From: an uncultured Bacteroidales bacterium
Lineage (GTDB): Bacteria; Bacteroidota; Bacteroidia; Bacteroidales; JAADJA01
DNA length: 64,000 bases
Assembly: GCA_963705185.1 (NCBI GenBank)
Contig: CAVPJF010000033.1
Coordinates: forward strand, 538-64,537
Direction of reading: 5' to 3'
Within the stretch, counting starts at the first letter, position 1, and the number at the start of each line of letters is the position of its first letter. A program made the translations under genes and the position numbers. Under the pieces are notes generated by a model. It ran no database searches and was not told the DNA's origin. It was given only the letters and a program-made list of their open reading frames with translations. Positions 32,121 through 41,956 of this stretch are shown piece after piece.

Positions 32121-32567
32121 TTAATACCTGCCTCTTTCCATATCTCTTTTGTTATCTTTTGTTTTGATGGATTCCCGTTTATCATAAAGCTTTTTACCTT
32201 TCGCCAGGCCGATTTCAAGTTTGGCCAATCCTTTTTCGTTAACAAAAAGAACAGTCGGAATGATGGTAAATCCTTTTTCTTTAATCTTATTGTTAAGTTT
32301 TTTTAATTCCTTCCGGTTTAGAAGCAATTTTCTATCATGCTTGGGCTCATGGTTGTTGTAGGTTCCGAATTTATATTCTGCAATGTGCATATTGATCACA
32401 AAAAGCTCATCCTCTTTAAACGCGCAATAGGCTTCGTCAAGGCTAACCTTGCCTTCACGAATGGATTTTATTTCAGTACCTGTCAGGACAATACCCGCCA
32501 CGAATTTATCAGAGATAAAATATTCGAAAAAGGCTTTTTTGTTCTTTATTTTTATCTTGTTATCCAA
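32121..32567 (-). CDS. smpB: SsrA-binding protein SmpB
   Basis: The sequence reads [10 protein letters not shown]...[16 protein letters not shown]...HIAEY...[11 protein letters not shown]...KGFTIIP. Confidence 0.93.
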   Translation of the reverse strand: MDNKIKIKNKKAFFEYFISDKFVAGIVLTGTEIKSIREGKVSLDEAYCAFKEDELFVINMHIAEYKFGTYNNHEPKHDRKLLLNRKELKKLNNKIKEKGFTIIPTVLFVNEKGLAKLEIGLAKGKKLYDKRESIKTKDNKRDMERGRY

Positions 32568-32675
32568 ATTCTTAGATAAAGAGTTTGAGGGATCAGGAAT
32601 CTATTCAAAATCAGCAATTCAGCAATTCATCCCTTTCTTCAAAGGTGCGCAAAAGTAATAAAAGAATTATTCCCA

Positions 32676-33338
32676 TTAACCCGGCGGCCTGAAAAACAAA
32701 TAGGTATAAGTCAGGGCAAATAATTCATTTAAAACAATTTTAAATCCATAGCTTGATTTCCACCAAACTTTCGGGTCGTAACCGATATCAGGAACAGAGA
32801 TAATTCCTACTTTAATTTCGTCATCAAAAGCTTTTTCAAAGAGCAACCGGCTTCTCCGCGAATGACAGCCAAGGGAAACGACATTTACCGCTTCAGGTTT
32901 CAATCCGTTTTGGCTCATCCAATCCATTATAGCTGCTGCAGAAGCATAAGTGCGGTCCTGCTTTACATCGTTTTCAAGGCCAATTACTTTTATCAGGGTG
33001 GAGTCGAATCCCATTTTAGCAAGAATAGCCGCTGTGTACAAGCCATCATTTTCATAAGGAACAAGGGAAGCGCCTTTAATCATCTTCTTACCGCTTATAA
33101 TCATAAGTTTGTAATTCCCCTCATTAAATATTTTCATGGATTCCCCGATAGCAAAATCGGGCAGAAATCCTTCCAATATCATAATTTCGGAGCTGACGGG
33201 TGAATTTTGAGCAAGGAAGGTGTATATATTCTTTACGAACAACCAGGCCATAATAATAAATAATGTAAGAATAAGGATTTTACCCAGCCATGTGGTGGAC
33301 CATCTCTCTCTTTTTCTAAAAATTGCAAACTTTCCCAT
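32676..33338 (-). CDS. YdcF/ElyC/SanA-type DUF218 membrane-anchored protein
   Basis: It has an N-terminal TM, followed by ...ISGKKMIKG...DRTYASAAA...NVVSLGCHSRRSRLLFEKAF. Confidence 0.65.
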   Translation of the reverse strand: MGKFAIFRKRERWSTTWLGKILILTLFIIMAWLFVKNIYTFLAQNSPVSSEIMILEGFLPDFAIGESMKIFNEGNYKLMIISGKKMIKGASLVPYENDGLYTAAILAKMGFDSTLIKVIGLENDVKQDRTYASAAAIMDWMSQNGLKPEAVNVVSLGCHSRRSRLLFEKAFDDEIKVGIISVPDIGYDPKVWWKSSYGFKIVLNELFALTYTYLFFRPPG

Positions 33339-33388
33339 CCGGAATTTTGTTTACTTTCGGTTTCAAAATTATTCTTTTACACCGAGGT

Positions 33389-34024
33389 ATGGATATTAAA
33401 AAAATCAGGAGCGAATATAGCAAAGATGAATTGAAGGAGGAATTGGTGGAATCCAACCCCATGACCTTGTTTAATCAATGGTTCGAAGCTGCCGTAAAGT
33501 CTGAACTTTCAGAAGTGAATGCCATGACTTTAGCGACGGCTGCTCCTGATGGAAAACCTTCGGCCCGGACAGTACTACTGAAGGGATTTGATGAGAAGGG
33601 ATTCGTTTTCTATACCAATTATAAGGGACGCAAAGCAGCTGAAATTGAAAAAAATCCTTTTGCCGCCTTGTTGATTTTCTGGAAAGAGCTTGAACGTCAG
33701 GTGAGGATTGAAGGAAAAGTTGAAAAGGTATCAGCAGTTGAATCGGATGAATACTTTAATTCCAGGCCTTTGGAAAGTAAAATGAGCGCCATCGTTTCGA
33801 AACAGAGTCAACCAGTTGAAAGCCGCCAGCAACTTGAACAATTGTGGGTAGAATTTCTGAAAAAAAATTATGATAAAGATATTCACAGGCCGGACTATTG
33901 GGGCGGATATAGGGTGTTTCCGGAAAAAATTGAATTCTGGCAGGGCCGTCCCAACCGGCTTCACGACAGGATACTCTTTTCACGAAAGGGAAATGAATGG
34001 AAGATAGAAAGACTGCAACCTTGA
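33389..34024 (+). CDS. pdxH: Pyridoxamine 5'-phosphate oxidase
   Basis: The sequence reads NAMTLATAAPDGKPSARTVLLKGFDEKGFVFYTNY.S.K...QVRIEG...YFNSRP...WGGYRV.P..IEFWQGRPNRLHDR. Confidence 0.93.
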   Translation: MDIKKIRSEYSKDELKEELVESNPMTLFNQWFEAAVKSELSEVNAMTLATAAPDGKPSARTVLLKGFDEKGFVFYTNYKGRKAAEIEKNPFAALLIFWKELERQVRIEGKVEKVSAVESDEYFNSRPLESKMSAIVSKQSQPVESRQQLEQLWVEFLKKNYDKDIHRPDYWGGYRVFPEKIEFWQGRPNRLHDRILFSRKGNEWKIERLQP

Positions 34025-34028
34025 GGAT

Positions 34029-34063
34029 GTTCTGAGTTCGAGGTTCGAAGTTCGAAGTTCAGA
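34029..34063. repeat. GTTCGAA heptad tract
   Basis: The tract reads GTTCTGA GTTCGAG GTTCGAA GTTCGAA GTTCAGA. It begins 5 nt after the pdxH stop and ends 3 nt before the IS3 left end. Confidence 0.85.
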
Positions 34064-34106
34064 TATTGACCTATCATGATTTTGGTTGACAAAAATAACC
34101 CAACTT

Positions 34107-35186
34107 TCATATTAATTGTTGATAATTCAATTTTTTAAGTTTGTTCGTATTGTTCAACTTTGTTTCCTCAGGTGAAGCGGAGGAAGGCTCTGCCGGGGGG
34201 CAACCTTCCAAGGAATAGCCTGACCCAGGAAAATACCTGACCGTAGTTTTATTGAGTAAAGCTACGGTTTTTTTATTTATGGATATTTTCATGGGCTTAT
34301 GCCTGATAAAACCCATCGTCGTACTGTTATTTTTTTGTTCTTCTGCTTTCTGTCTGAAGTCGTACAATTGCATTACCGGGTGTTCCTGTTTGGATTTGCC
34401 GCTGATATATTTTTCAAATGCAAGGGAGCTAAGTTTTCCCAGTTCGCCATGGGGACAGTTGTTGTAAAGTTTTACCTGGCGTGCCAATGTTGTTTGTAAT
34501 TGCTTTAAAGTTATTATGTTATACATCCGGAGATAATCGTTCTTCAGCGTTCCGATTACGCGTTCAGCATATCCATTTTCAAGGCAGGTTTCTGCCATGC
34601 TGATTTGAATGTTGGCAGAGGTAAGCATCTTTACATATTCTTTTGAACTGTACTGGCTGCCTTTATCGGAATGATGGATCATGCCTGTAAATTGTTTTTG
34701 CCTTCGGGTGTTCATGGCCATTGACAACGCTTTCTGATTGTTTATTGCAAACATGTTATCGCTGGCGCTGTACCCTATGATCCGGCGGCTGTATACATCC
34801 AGGATCACAACGATGTAGAAGGTTTGGTCATAGGGTTTAAAGTAGGTGATATCGCTGGCCCATAAACAATTGATGTCGGTTATTATTTTTCCATGAACCA
34901 GATTATCATACCGAATGGTTCCGGGGTAAGTGGTCCGTATGTATGAACGAAACTTTCTTACCCCCATTCCCTGCGATGAAACAAAGCGCTCGAAACGGTT
35001 GACGCCTATTTCTTCGATGCCTAACATGTAATGGATCTTGCGGGCGCTCAGGCGAGGATAATCTTTTCGTACTTCTATTACCATTTCTTTCATCCGTTGC
35101 CATAAGAGTGTTTCCCTATCCTGTTTGTGCATTGCTTTGTGATAGGCCTGGCGGGTGATTCCTGAGATGCTGTATAATTCGGTCAT
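34107..35186 (-). CDS. IS3 transposase OrfB (DDE integrase core)
   Basis: The sequence reads WASDITYF...HHSDKGSQYSS...ENGYAERVIGTLKNDY. The frame is open upstream to the TAA at 35244-35246. Confidence 0.9.
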   Translation of the reverse strand: MTELYSISGITRQAYHKAMHKQDRETLLWQRMKEMVIEVRKDYPRLSARKIHYMLGIEEIGVNRFERFVSSQGMGVRKFRSYIRTTYPGTIRYDNLVHGKIITDINCLWASDITYFKPYDQTFYIVVILDVYSRRIIGYSASDNMFAINNQKALSMAMNTRRQKQFTGMIHHSDKGSQYSSKEYVKMLTSANIQISMAETCLENGYAERVIGTLKNDYLRMYNIITLKQLQTTLARQVKLYNNCPHGELGKLSSLAFEKYISGKSKQEHPVMQLYDFRQKAEEQKNNSTTMGFIRHKPMKISINKKTVALLNKTTVRYFPGSGYSLEGCPPAEPSSASPEETKLNNTNKLKKLNYQQLI

Positions 35187-35575
35187 GATGATTTCTTTTT
35201 GTTCGGCATGGAACCATCTGAGCGTTGCGATGCGTACTTTTTTTTAATATCAACTCCCACCTGCTCACTGCCCAGTTCAATGACTTTTTCCAGGTAATCA
35301 ATCTGTAGTTGTTTCTGACCAACTTTGCGCTCAAGCTCCGCTATGTGTTTCATTAATTCAAGGGTCTTCGATCCTTCGCTTTCTTTCTCAACCACATATT
35401 TCTCCACTCGTGCAATCCGGGTTGAATACTTACGGATCCATTTATAAATAGCCGCATCCGATACCTCATAAATTTTACTTAACTGAAGTACAGTGATCTG
35501 TTTGTCTTCAATCATTTTTACCTTTTCCTTCTTAAAGGCTTCACTAAAATGTCGTATCACTTTTTTCTCTTTCAT
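35183..35575 (-). CDS. IS3 transposase OrfA (HTH + leucine-zipper)
   Basis: The HTH region is ITVLQLSKIYEVSDAAIYKWIRKY. A coiled segment ELMKHIAELERKVGQKQLQIDYLEKVIEL follows. Confidence 0.9.
   Translation of the reverse strand: MKEKKVIRHFSEAFKKEKVKMIEDKQITVLQLSKIYEVSDAAIYKWIRKYSTRIARVEKYVVEKESEGSKTLELMKHIAELERKVGQKQLQIDYLEKVIELGSEQVGVDIKKKYASQRSDGSMPNKKKSS
35237..35245 (-). other. Programmed -1 ribosomal frameshift site (A AAA AAA G) of the IS3 element
   Basis: The minus strand reads ATT AAA AAA AAG in the orfA frame. The orfB frame is -1 and opens immediately after a TAA overlapping the run. The fusion would read ...DIKKKVRIATLRWFHAEQKEIIMTELY... Confidence 0.75.
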
Positions 35576-35657
35576 AGGCTTACTAACTATAAGTTATTAA
35601 CTGAACTTTATGTCAACCTATTTCATGATAGGACATATAGTTAACAGTCTGCCGCCA

Positions 35658-35713
35658 ATTGCCGACTACCTATTGCCGACTACCTATTGCCGACTGCCCA
35701 TTGCCGACTGCCA
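35658..35713. repeat. 14-nt tandem repeat x4 (two heptads per unit)
   Basis: The units are ATTGCCGACTACCT, ATTGCCGACTACCT, ATTGCCGACTGCCC and ATTGCCGACTGCCA. The tract lies between the IS3 right end and the stop of CDS 35726..36100. Confidence 0.9.
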
Positions 35714-35725
35714 ACTTTCCAGTGC

Positions 35726-36100
35726 TTAGCTAACAGGTGTGGTCTTTTTCTTATCCTTATTGAGCCTGTACATTAAATACAGTCCTGAAATCAAATAGTA
35801 AATAGTAATTAAAAGCCAGACGTATCTGAAAAATCCTTTATTCCAGAAATCCATTGTTACGATAAAAGTAATCACGGCAAAAACAAAGTTTAACACCATA
35901 AAAAACCTGTTTTTCTTGTTGAAATTTAAAATCAGCAGTAGGATGTTGATTATACCTGCTATGATTAACATCCAGCCAATGAAATTACCGGTGTTTTCGA
36001 TAATGAGGTAGCGGAAACCGAACGAAAAAAACAGCAGGATGTTCGCAATAACGGCTATTTGAATACCCAATGGAACTTTTTTGTCAGATTTTTGTGCCAT
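35726..36100 (-). CDS. Hypothetical 4-TM membrane protein (124 aa)
   Basis: Intact ORF with four hydrophobic segments. No family recognised. Confidence 0.6.
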   Translation of the reverse strand: MAQKSDKKVPLGIQIAVIANILLFFSFGFRYLIIENTGNFIGWMLIIAGIINILLLILNFNKKNRFFMVLNFVFAVITFIVTMDFWNKGFFRYVWLLITIYYLISGLYLMYRLNKDKKKTTPVS

Positions 36101-36168
36101 GTGAATTGATTTTAATTTGAATTAATGTAAACACCATTTATGAGTCAATCTGTAAAATTAAGCATTTT

Positions 36169-38121
36169 TCATTTCATTGATTTCAATGCAAGTTTTTTGT
36201 TGTCGGTATATGCTACTTTTTCAAAAAAATCAATGAAATCATTGTATAACTCGCTTTCATAAGTTCCTTTAAAAACTACCAGGCTTCGAACGTACTGAAT
36301 CTTTTCATCCGAGATAGTTGTCATTGCATGGTATTCTCCAAACCGGGCAATGATATTCTCATTCAGGTGGTTTCCACTTAACGTAAAACCATCCGGCAAA
36401 GAAAAGTAAGCAGTGTCTATTTCTATTATGCTGCGTCTTATCTTAATTGGGTTTGCCCTTTTGGTAATTTGATTAGGGAAAGGTTCCTGCTTAGTCATCT
36501 GATTGGGTACAACCAACATTAAATCTCCTGCCATAACCCCAATTTTCTGGATGGTCAGATTTAGTTTTTCCTCGATGCTTGGTACAATGGCTTTATTTTC
36601 CTTCAGGCTGAAGGTTTCAAGTTTGAAATTACCGGCATGAATCCCTTCTTCAATTTTCTTCTTTTTATCCTTATCATCACTAAGCAGAAGCTGAAGCAAA
36701 TCATCATAATAAATTCCCTTGTAATCTGTGGTCGTTTGGACTGTCCCGCTGCCATCGGACCTGAGCTGAACATGACTGATCCGGTTTTGAACATTGTCAT
36801 GCTGGTCGTAGACAGTGGTGTGTCCCAAATAGCCCCCTGTTTCTTTAATCATTAAAACTGTCCGGTCATCTGTGAAAGTACCTAAATACCCTAAAGGTAT
36901 ATGCTGGTTTGTACATTCAATCCACATAGTATCCTCAGGTAGCGGAACACAGAGAATAGCGTGATTAAATTGGTTGGAAGGAAAATCCGGTACAATATTA
37001 GCAGCATATTCTCCAGCCTTTACAAGGGTATAAAGAGATGCAATACCTGCAACTTTAAGTATAGCCTGCATATAATTAGTCAGGGCTTTGCAATCCCCAT
37101 ATGAAAGCCGGTCCACAGTTTCAGCTTCTAATGGCTGCCATCCGCCAAGTCCAATCTGAATACTTGCATATCTTGTTTTTTCCTGGAAAAAAGCATACAG
37201 AATTTCTATTTTCTCAATGAAATCAATGGATTCAGAGGTCATCTTAATGACTTTTTCTTGTGTTTCAGCAGATAATTCAGTTCGACCTTCTGTTAATTCA
37301 TACATCCATAATCCAAAACTTTCCCAGCTTTCAGCGTTACCAATCCGTTTTTTTATTTTAAAGGAGTTGGGCGCAATTAAAACGGAAGGTATGTATTCAG
37401 AAATAGGCGGACTAAAAGGCTCATACCGCATCGGAAGGACATTATTAAAGGCCCAGGAATAACTTGTTCCTGTTTTTATTTTTTCAACCTTGCAATTAGT
37501 TCCAATATTCCTTTCGAGATATCTTAATCCTATAGAATCCGGGGCTGTTATCATAAGGTTAGCCTGTTCAACAGCTATATTAAAATCGTTGATGAGATAA
37601 TAATCAGGATAATCCAGAATCCCGGTGTAGACGATATCATAGTTATATTCAACCGTGAAAGGCACCGTCCGGTATTGGGGTTCAATGTAAATCATCCTGT
37701 AATCCTCGTATGTGGAAAATCCCGAAATAGCACTTACATCGAGTATGTTATCCCGTTCTATCCGTTCAATTTTTTCACCATTACTATCGTAAACTACACC
37801 ATGAATATTGTTGATGCGTGAGAATTTATCGTAGTATTGCTTAAGTTTGGCATTGTCTAAACCGCTTTCATTCAAAATGGTCAAAGCGTAACTGACTTTT
37901 AATACAGCCTTGTCGATCGATTGTATTTCAAGTGTTGTTTCATGATAGCGAACAACTGCCTTTGAATTTTCAAAAAGTTGTTGTGGAATGCTGTTGAATG
38001 AAAGGTCACTATCGGCTGCCGAGAGGTAAGGGATGGACAGAATGATGTTAAAAAATAAAATGACAAATCTACCTGGCCAATGACCAGAATTATTTCCGTT
38101 TAAGGACGATAGGTTCAGCAT
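36169..38121 (-). CDS. DUF3857/transglutaminase-like/DUF3858 secreted protein (predicted active Cys)
   Basis: 650 aa with a signal peptide. The transglutaminase-core motif is SYGDCKALTNYM, with a downstream FNHAILCV. Confidence 0.75.
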   Translation of the reverse strand: MLNLSSLNGNNSGHWPGRFVILFFNIILSIPYLSAADSDLSFNSIPQQLFENSKAVVRYHETTLEIQSIDKAVLKVSYALTILNESGLDNAKLKQYYDKFSRINNIHGVVYDSNGEKIERIERDNILDVSAISGFSTYEDYRMIYIEPQYRTVPFTVEYNYDIVYTGILDYPDYYLINDFNIAVEQANLMITAPDSIGLRYLERNIGTNCKVEKIKTGTSYSWAFNNVLPMRYEPFSPPISEYIPSVLIAPNSFKIKKRIGNAESWESFGLWMYELTEGRTELSAETQEKVIKMTSESIDFIEKIEILYAFFQEKTRYASIQIGLGGWQPLEAETVDRLSYGDCKALTNYMQAILKVAGIASLYTLVKAGEYAANIVPDFPSNQFNHAILCVPLPEDTMWIECTNQHIPLGYLGTFTDDRTVLMIKETGGYLGHTTVYDQHDNVQNRISHVQLRSDGSGTVQTTTDYKGIYYDDLLQLLLSDDKDKKKKIEEGIHAGNFKLETFSLKENKAIVPSIEEKLNLTIQKIGVMAGDLMLVVPNQMTKQEPFPNQITKRANPIKIRRSIIEIDTAYFSLPDGFTLSGNHLNENIIARFGEYHAMTTISDEKIQYVRSLVVFKGTYESELYNDFIDFFEKVAYTDNKKLALKSMK

Positions 38122-39955
38122 GTTTTGCTATAATTTGGTTATAGAATTCCTTAATATCCGGATATTCATCTTCTATGAATACGGTTTTATTAATTCCAAA
38201 CTTGAAACTGAATTGAATAGTCTTGCCAAAATTTGATACCTGGTAATAGAAATAGGCTGAATTGTCAGGAAGTTTCATATTAATAACTTCAGGCAGGTCC
38301 GACACCTCCAGATTTTCAGGCAGGTTAATGGTAACAACGTAGGTTTTTTCAGTATTATGGATAAAATCAACCGGATAGTTGCGTTTTTCAATTTTGAACG
38401 GGTTTTCTTCCATGCGATGCATCATCATGGGATAGAGGTAAAGATTTTCACCAACCTCATCTACCTGATTTTTCAAAACTATCTCGTATTTGTCTTTTAC
38501 AGGTAAATAAAGGCTGTCAATATTTTCAATCGAAGCATTCTGGATCCTTAAACCCGGGTATTCTTTTAACATATCTTCAAAGTACGATTCCTGGCTTGTA
38601 AAGCTTTTGTATTTCTTCCGAAAATCCAGGGCAGCATAATCCATTCGCTGAAAGCTGACAGTCCCCTGCAGCTGCAATTGGTCATCGAGAGTGAGTGTGT
38701 AATAGATAAGTTCCTTGTCTTTTCTGTCGGTCTTTAAGTTGACGACCTCACTGTTTTCACGATTATAAAGCCTGCCGAACAAGTTCAATGAACGCTCTGG
38801 AAGTAAATAATAAGGTGCATAAGGTTCTGTACCATCTATGAGCAATTGTTGACCATTTAAATTGACTTTTGCAATGACATAATTTAATTTATTGAGGCTG
38901 GGATATACAGGAGAAAGAAAACCATTTTCACGAGTACTCATGACTACAGCCGATGTTTGAAACCAGAGTTTTTCAAGCAATTGAATCAATGCAATGTTAA
39001 CGTCAGCAGAATTACCTGAATGATCCCCCATGACATATCCGATGGAGGAATTCGTTGTAAACAGACTTTCGTAATCATTCCATTTAAAGGATTTTATAAA
39101 TTCATGAGCCATCCTTAATTTGTCTTCATCCGTTTTCGCTTTGGCAAGAATTTCTTTTGAGGTTTTACTTAAATAACTATCGTTACGCATCGGCACTCCG
39201 AAATAATCGCTGTCGTATAACAGATCGCAAAGATCCTCCCAGGATGTTGTATAAGCTTCGTAATAAGTCTCAATTCTGACGTCCAAAATATCAATTTCAA
39301 GCTTGGTCATGTAATTTTCAGGACTGCTGATGTAAGGTTCTGTCTTGAATGCCGGCATATTCTCGCCAACCCAGTGGTTGCTTTCGTTTATGGCCAGGGA
39401 TTCAAAACCAAAGTAGTTTTTCCTGAACGAAACATACTGACTGTTTTCGATAATTAGTTCACTCCATTTAACCGGGATTTCCCGTTGAAATTTCCAGACA
39501 AAAGGAAGCCAGTTATATACAAACTCAATGTCGATAACCGATCCGACTTTTACATTGGGCATGGTGATGCGGAGTCTTTCTTTGTCGCCATAAAGCTTTT
39601 CTTTAAAAATGGATTCTGACTTTAGTTTACTTTCAACAATTTCTCCATTTTCGAAGTTGAAAGTTATTCCTCTTACGAATGCGTTATTGTAAGGCGGAAA
39701 AACCTGATTTGCCCACGAGCAACCCTCTTTTTTCAGAATTTTAATTCGCGTTACCTGTGTAAACTGAAACTGAGTCGAGTTAAAGTAGCCATAGTCGCAA
39801 AGAATCACAGCAGACGCACTAGTATCCGGCTCATAAAATTCCATTTTGAGCTCTTCGATACTGACATTCCCATATTTTACAGGGGCTTTATCTGCAAATG
39901 AAATGAATGAAATTTGAAAACCCAGAAGGAGAAGGGTAATTGCTAATCGATTCAT
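38090..39955 (-). CDS. DUF3857/DUF3858 paralogue with degenerate transglutaminase core
   Basis: 621 aa with a signal peptide. The equivalent core reads GDHSGNSADVNIALIQLL (no Cys) and NYVIAKV (no His). Its 3' end overlaps the next gene by 32 nt. Confidence 0.7.
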   Translation of the reverse strand: MNRLAITLLLLGFQISFISFADKAPVKYGNVSIEELKMEFYEPDTSASAVILCDYGYFNSTQFQFTQVTRIKILKKEGCSWANQVFPPYNNAFVRGITFNFENGEIVESKLKSESIFKEKLYGDKERLRITMPNVKVGSVIDIEFVYNWLPFVWKFQREIPVKWSELIIENSQYVSFRKNYFGFESLAINESNHWVGENMPAFKTEPYISSPENYMTKLEIDILDVRIETYYEAYTTSWEDLCDLLYDSDYFGVPMRNDSYLSKTSKEILAKAKTDEDKLRMAHEFIKSFKWNDYESLFTTNSSIGYVMGDHSGNSADVNIALIQLLEKLWFQTSAVVMSTRENGFLSPVYPSLNKLNYVIAKVNLNGQQLLIDGTEPYAPYYLLPERSLNLFGRLYNRENSEVVNLKTDRKDKELIYYTLTLDDQLQLQGTVSFQRMDYAALDFRKKYKSFTSQESYFEDMLKEYPGLRIQNASIENIDSLYLPVKDKYEIVLKNQVDEVGENLYLYPMMMHRMEENPFKIEKRNYPVDFIHNTEKTYVVTINLPENLEVSDLPEVINMKLPDNSAYFYYQVSNFGKTIQFSFKFGINKTVFIEDEYPDIKEFYNQIIAKHAEPIVLKRK

Positions 39956-40134
39956 AAAACTGGTTTAATTTTTTTCGTAACAATAATACGAAAATATAAT
40001 AATACAATTGGGCTTGTCTTAGTCTGTTACCGATAAAAAGCTTAAAAATGAATGCTTTGTTGCAGTAATAAATATTTGTTCTAAATAAATTCCTGTAGCT
40101 GGTTTATTCCCGAAAATTCATTTTAAAAGTGTGT

Positions 40135-41875
40135 TTATTTATTTAGAAAAGTAATCCTTAAACTCTCAACTATTCCTTCAAACCCAGTTTGTGAGGAAAT
40201 AAAAAGCCTGAAATTGGAAGGGTTGAACCCAGCCGGTACTTTTACATAAAACTCATATTTATTGCTTGCACTTTTCTGACTTATCGGGCTGAACAATCGG
40301 ATATGATTTTGTTTTATGGCATCACCTGACCGCAGCTCAGAATTGAGCCATGCAGTATTGTAACCCTGGGTCACTTTAGCCACCGATTCAATCTTAAGCC
40401 ATACATCCCCGTTGGAGCCGGTTTGAAAATTCCTGCTCAAGGCTATTTCAGTCAACTTAGCCGAACTATCACCCGGAAATTGCAGGTTTATAGCCGTATC
40501 GACAGACAGGATTGTTTCGGATTTATAGCCTTTTTCGCTCTTCAGCATTTCGGGTGTATCGAGGAGGCTCATGTCGAGGGGAGTAGGATGGTTGTTGAGG
40601 TAGATGCTGCAATAATACTTCCGGTTCATGTCGTCGTAATGTAGAATGGTGTCGTTGTATTGCCTTATTTGGAAGAGATTTACAAACAGAAGGTACAGCC
40701 CCAGAGCATAAAACGCATAGCGCCATTTGGTTTGGTTTACTTTGCTGATAAATGCGGCAAAGGGCAGGGCAAATACCGGGTAGCTCTGAACCAGGGCGCG
40801 GGTGGAATAGCTTCCGCCGTATCTCCACACATGCCATGAAATGATGATGTAAATGTTGAGCACGCAAAAGGTAAGGACTGCATTTTTAAACGGAAACCTC
40901 CGGATGAAAAACATCCCAACGATAAAGAGAATTGTAACTGGCGTATAAATGAACCATCCTTTTTCCCAGCCAACCAAAACCCTCAGGTGGGGAGTGAGGA
41001 AATCCCATTTGCTTCCCACATCGTAAACGAATGATCCGGTAGCATATTTCCAGTAAAGGAGCTGTGGCAGTATGCCGATGAATCCTCCTAATGCAGCCGT
41101 GATAAGGTGGCTTCTGTGGTTGTTAAAAAGGCTCCATTTTTCTTTTGACGATTCTTTTGAATGGGTATTCCAAAACAAGGGTATGAACAGCATAACGGCT
41201 TCTGTAGGGCGGCTGATGGTTGCCAGTCCGATGATATAACCGGTGAGGACTGCCCAGATGATTTTCGGTTTTTCGTGCCATTTGATTGTGGTGTAAAGGA
41301 TCAAAGCATACAATGGTAAAATGTATGAATGACTTTGAGCGCTGTCGATGGAAACATACTGGATCATGTTGGTGGCAAGGCAAAGCAATAGCAGAGCTTA
41401 TGGCCGTTGTCGTGTCGTCAAAAAACTTAAGCAATATTTTCCGGAGGAAGAATAGCATGACCATAAAATAGAAAAGCGCCCCTATTGCGATGGCCCATTG
41501 GTAAGGGGGCGAGAATCCATCGGTTTTATAATCCAGAGCGCCTGCAACAAAATGCCCGGCCAGAAAAAATGGAATCTCCAGTATGGCTACTCCTCCCAGG
41601 TATTTAAAAACATAAGGACCGTCTTTTTTATAAGGATTTGCCTGGTAAAACCATCCACCTGATACTTCATATTCCTTATCGATGCCAGGAAACCATTTTA
41701 ACTCTTTCATGTCGTGATAAATAAACAGGGATGGCAAGTACATGTAATAACCCAGAGCATCCCAGGTAGTCACTTTAAGCCGGTCTTTATTCCCCAGTTC
41801 GGAATAGCTCAAACGATAGAAAATGAAAATACCGGCGATGATACAGCAGATGATAAAAGAATATTTACTTTTCAT
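40135..41875 (-). pseudogene. Polytopic membrane protein, ArnT/PMT-like glycosyltransferase (tentative); 1 frameshift as assembled
   Basis: It has about 11 hydrophobic segments, an early DALGYYMYLPS loop and a soluble C-terminal domain. Pieces 41123-41905 and 40135-41388 join near 41390. Confidence 0.5.
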
Positions 41876-41956
41876 GATCGCGGAATGAAAAGCAAAAATA
41901 GCCAAACAGAATTGTAACTTTACAATTAAATTTACGCCTTAGAATAAATTAAAATT

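Larger units (their letters stand above)
34067..35635 (-). mobile_element. IS3-family insertion sequence (1569 bp), apparently intact
   Basis: The terminal inverted repeats are TGACCTATCATGATTTTGGTTGACAAAAA (34067-) and the reverse complement of the right end, TGTCCTATCATGAAATAGGTTGACATAAA (-35635). They match at about 24 of 29 positions. It is flanked by a 3-bp direct repeat TAT (34064-34066 and 35636-35638). It carries orfA and orfB with an A8G slippery site. Confidence 0.88.

Noticed and set aside
34036-34060. GGTTCGAAG strings resembling a tRNA T-arm
   Set aside because: They are part of the GTTCGAA heptad tract. There is no acceptor, D or anticodon stem around them.
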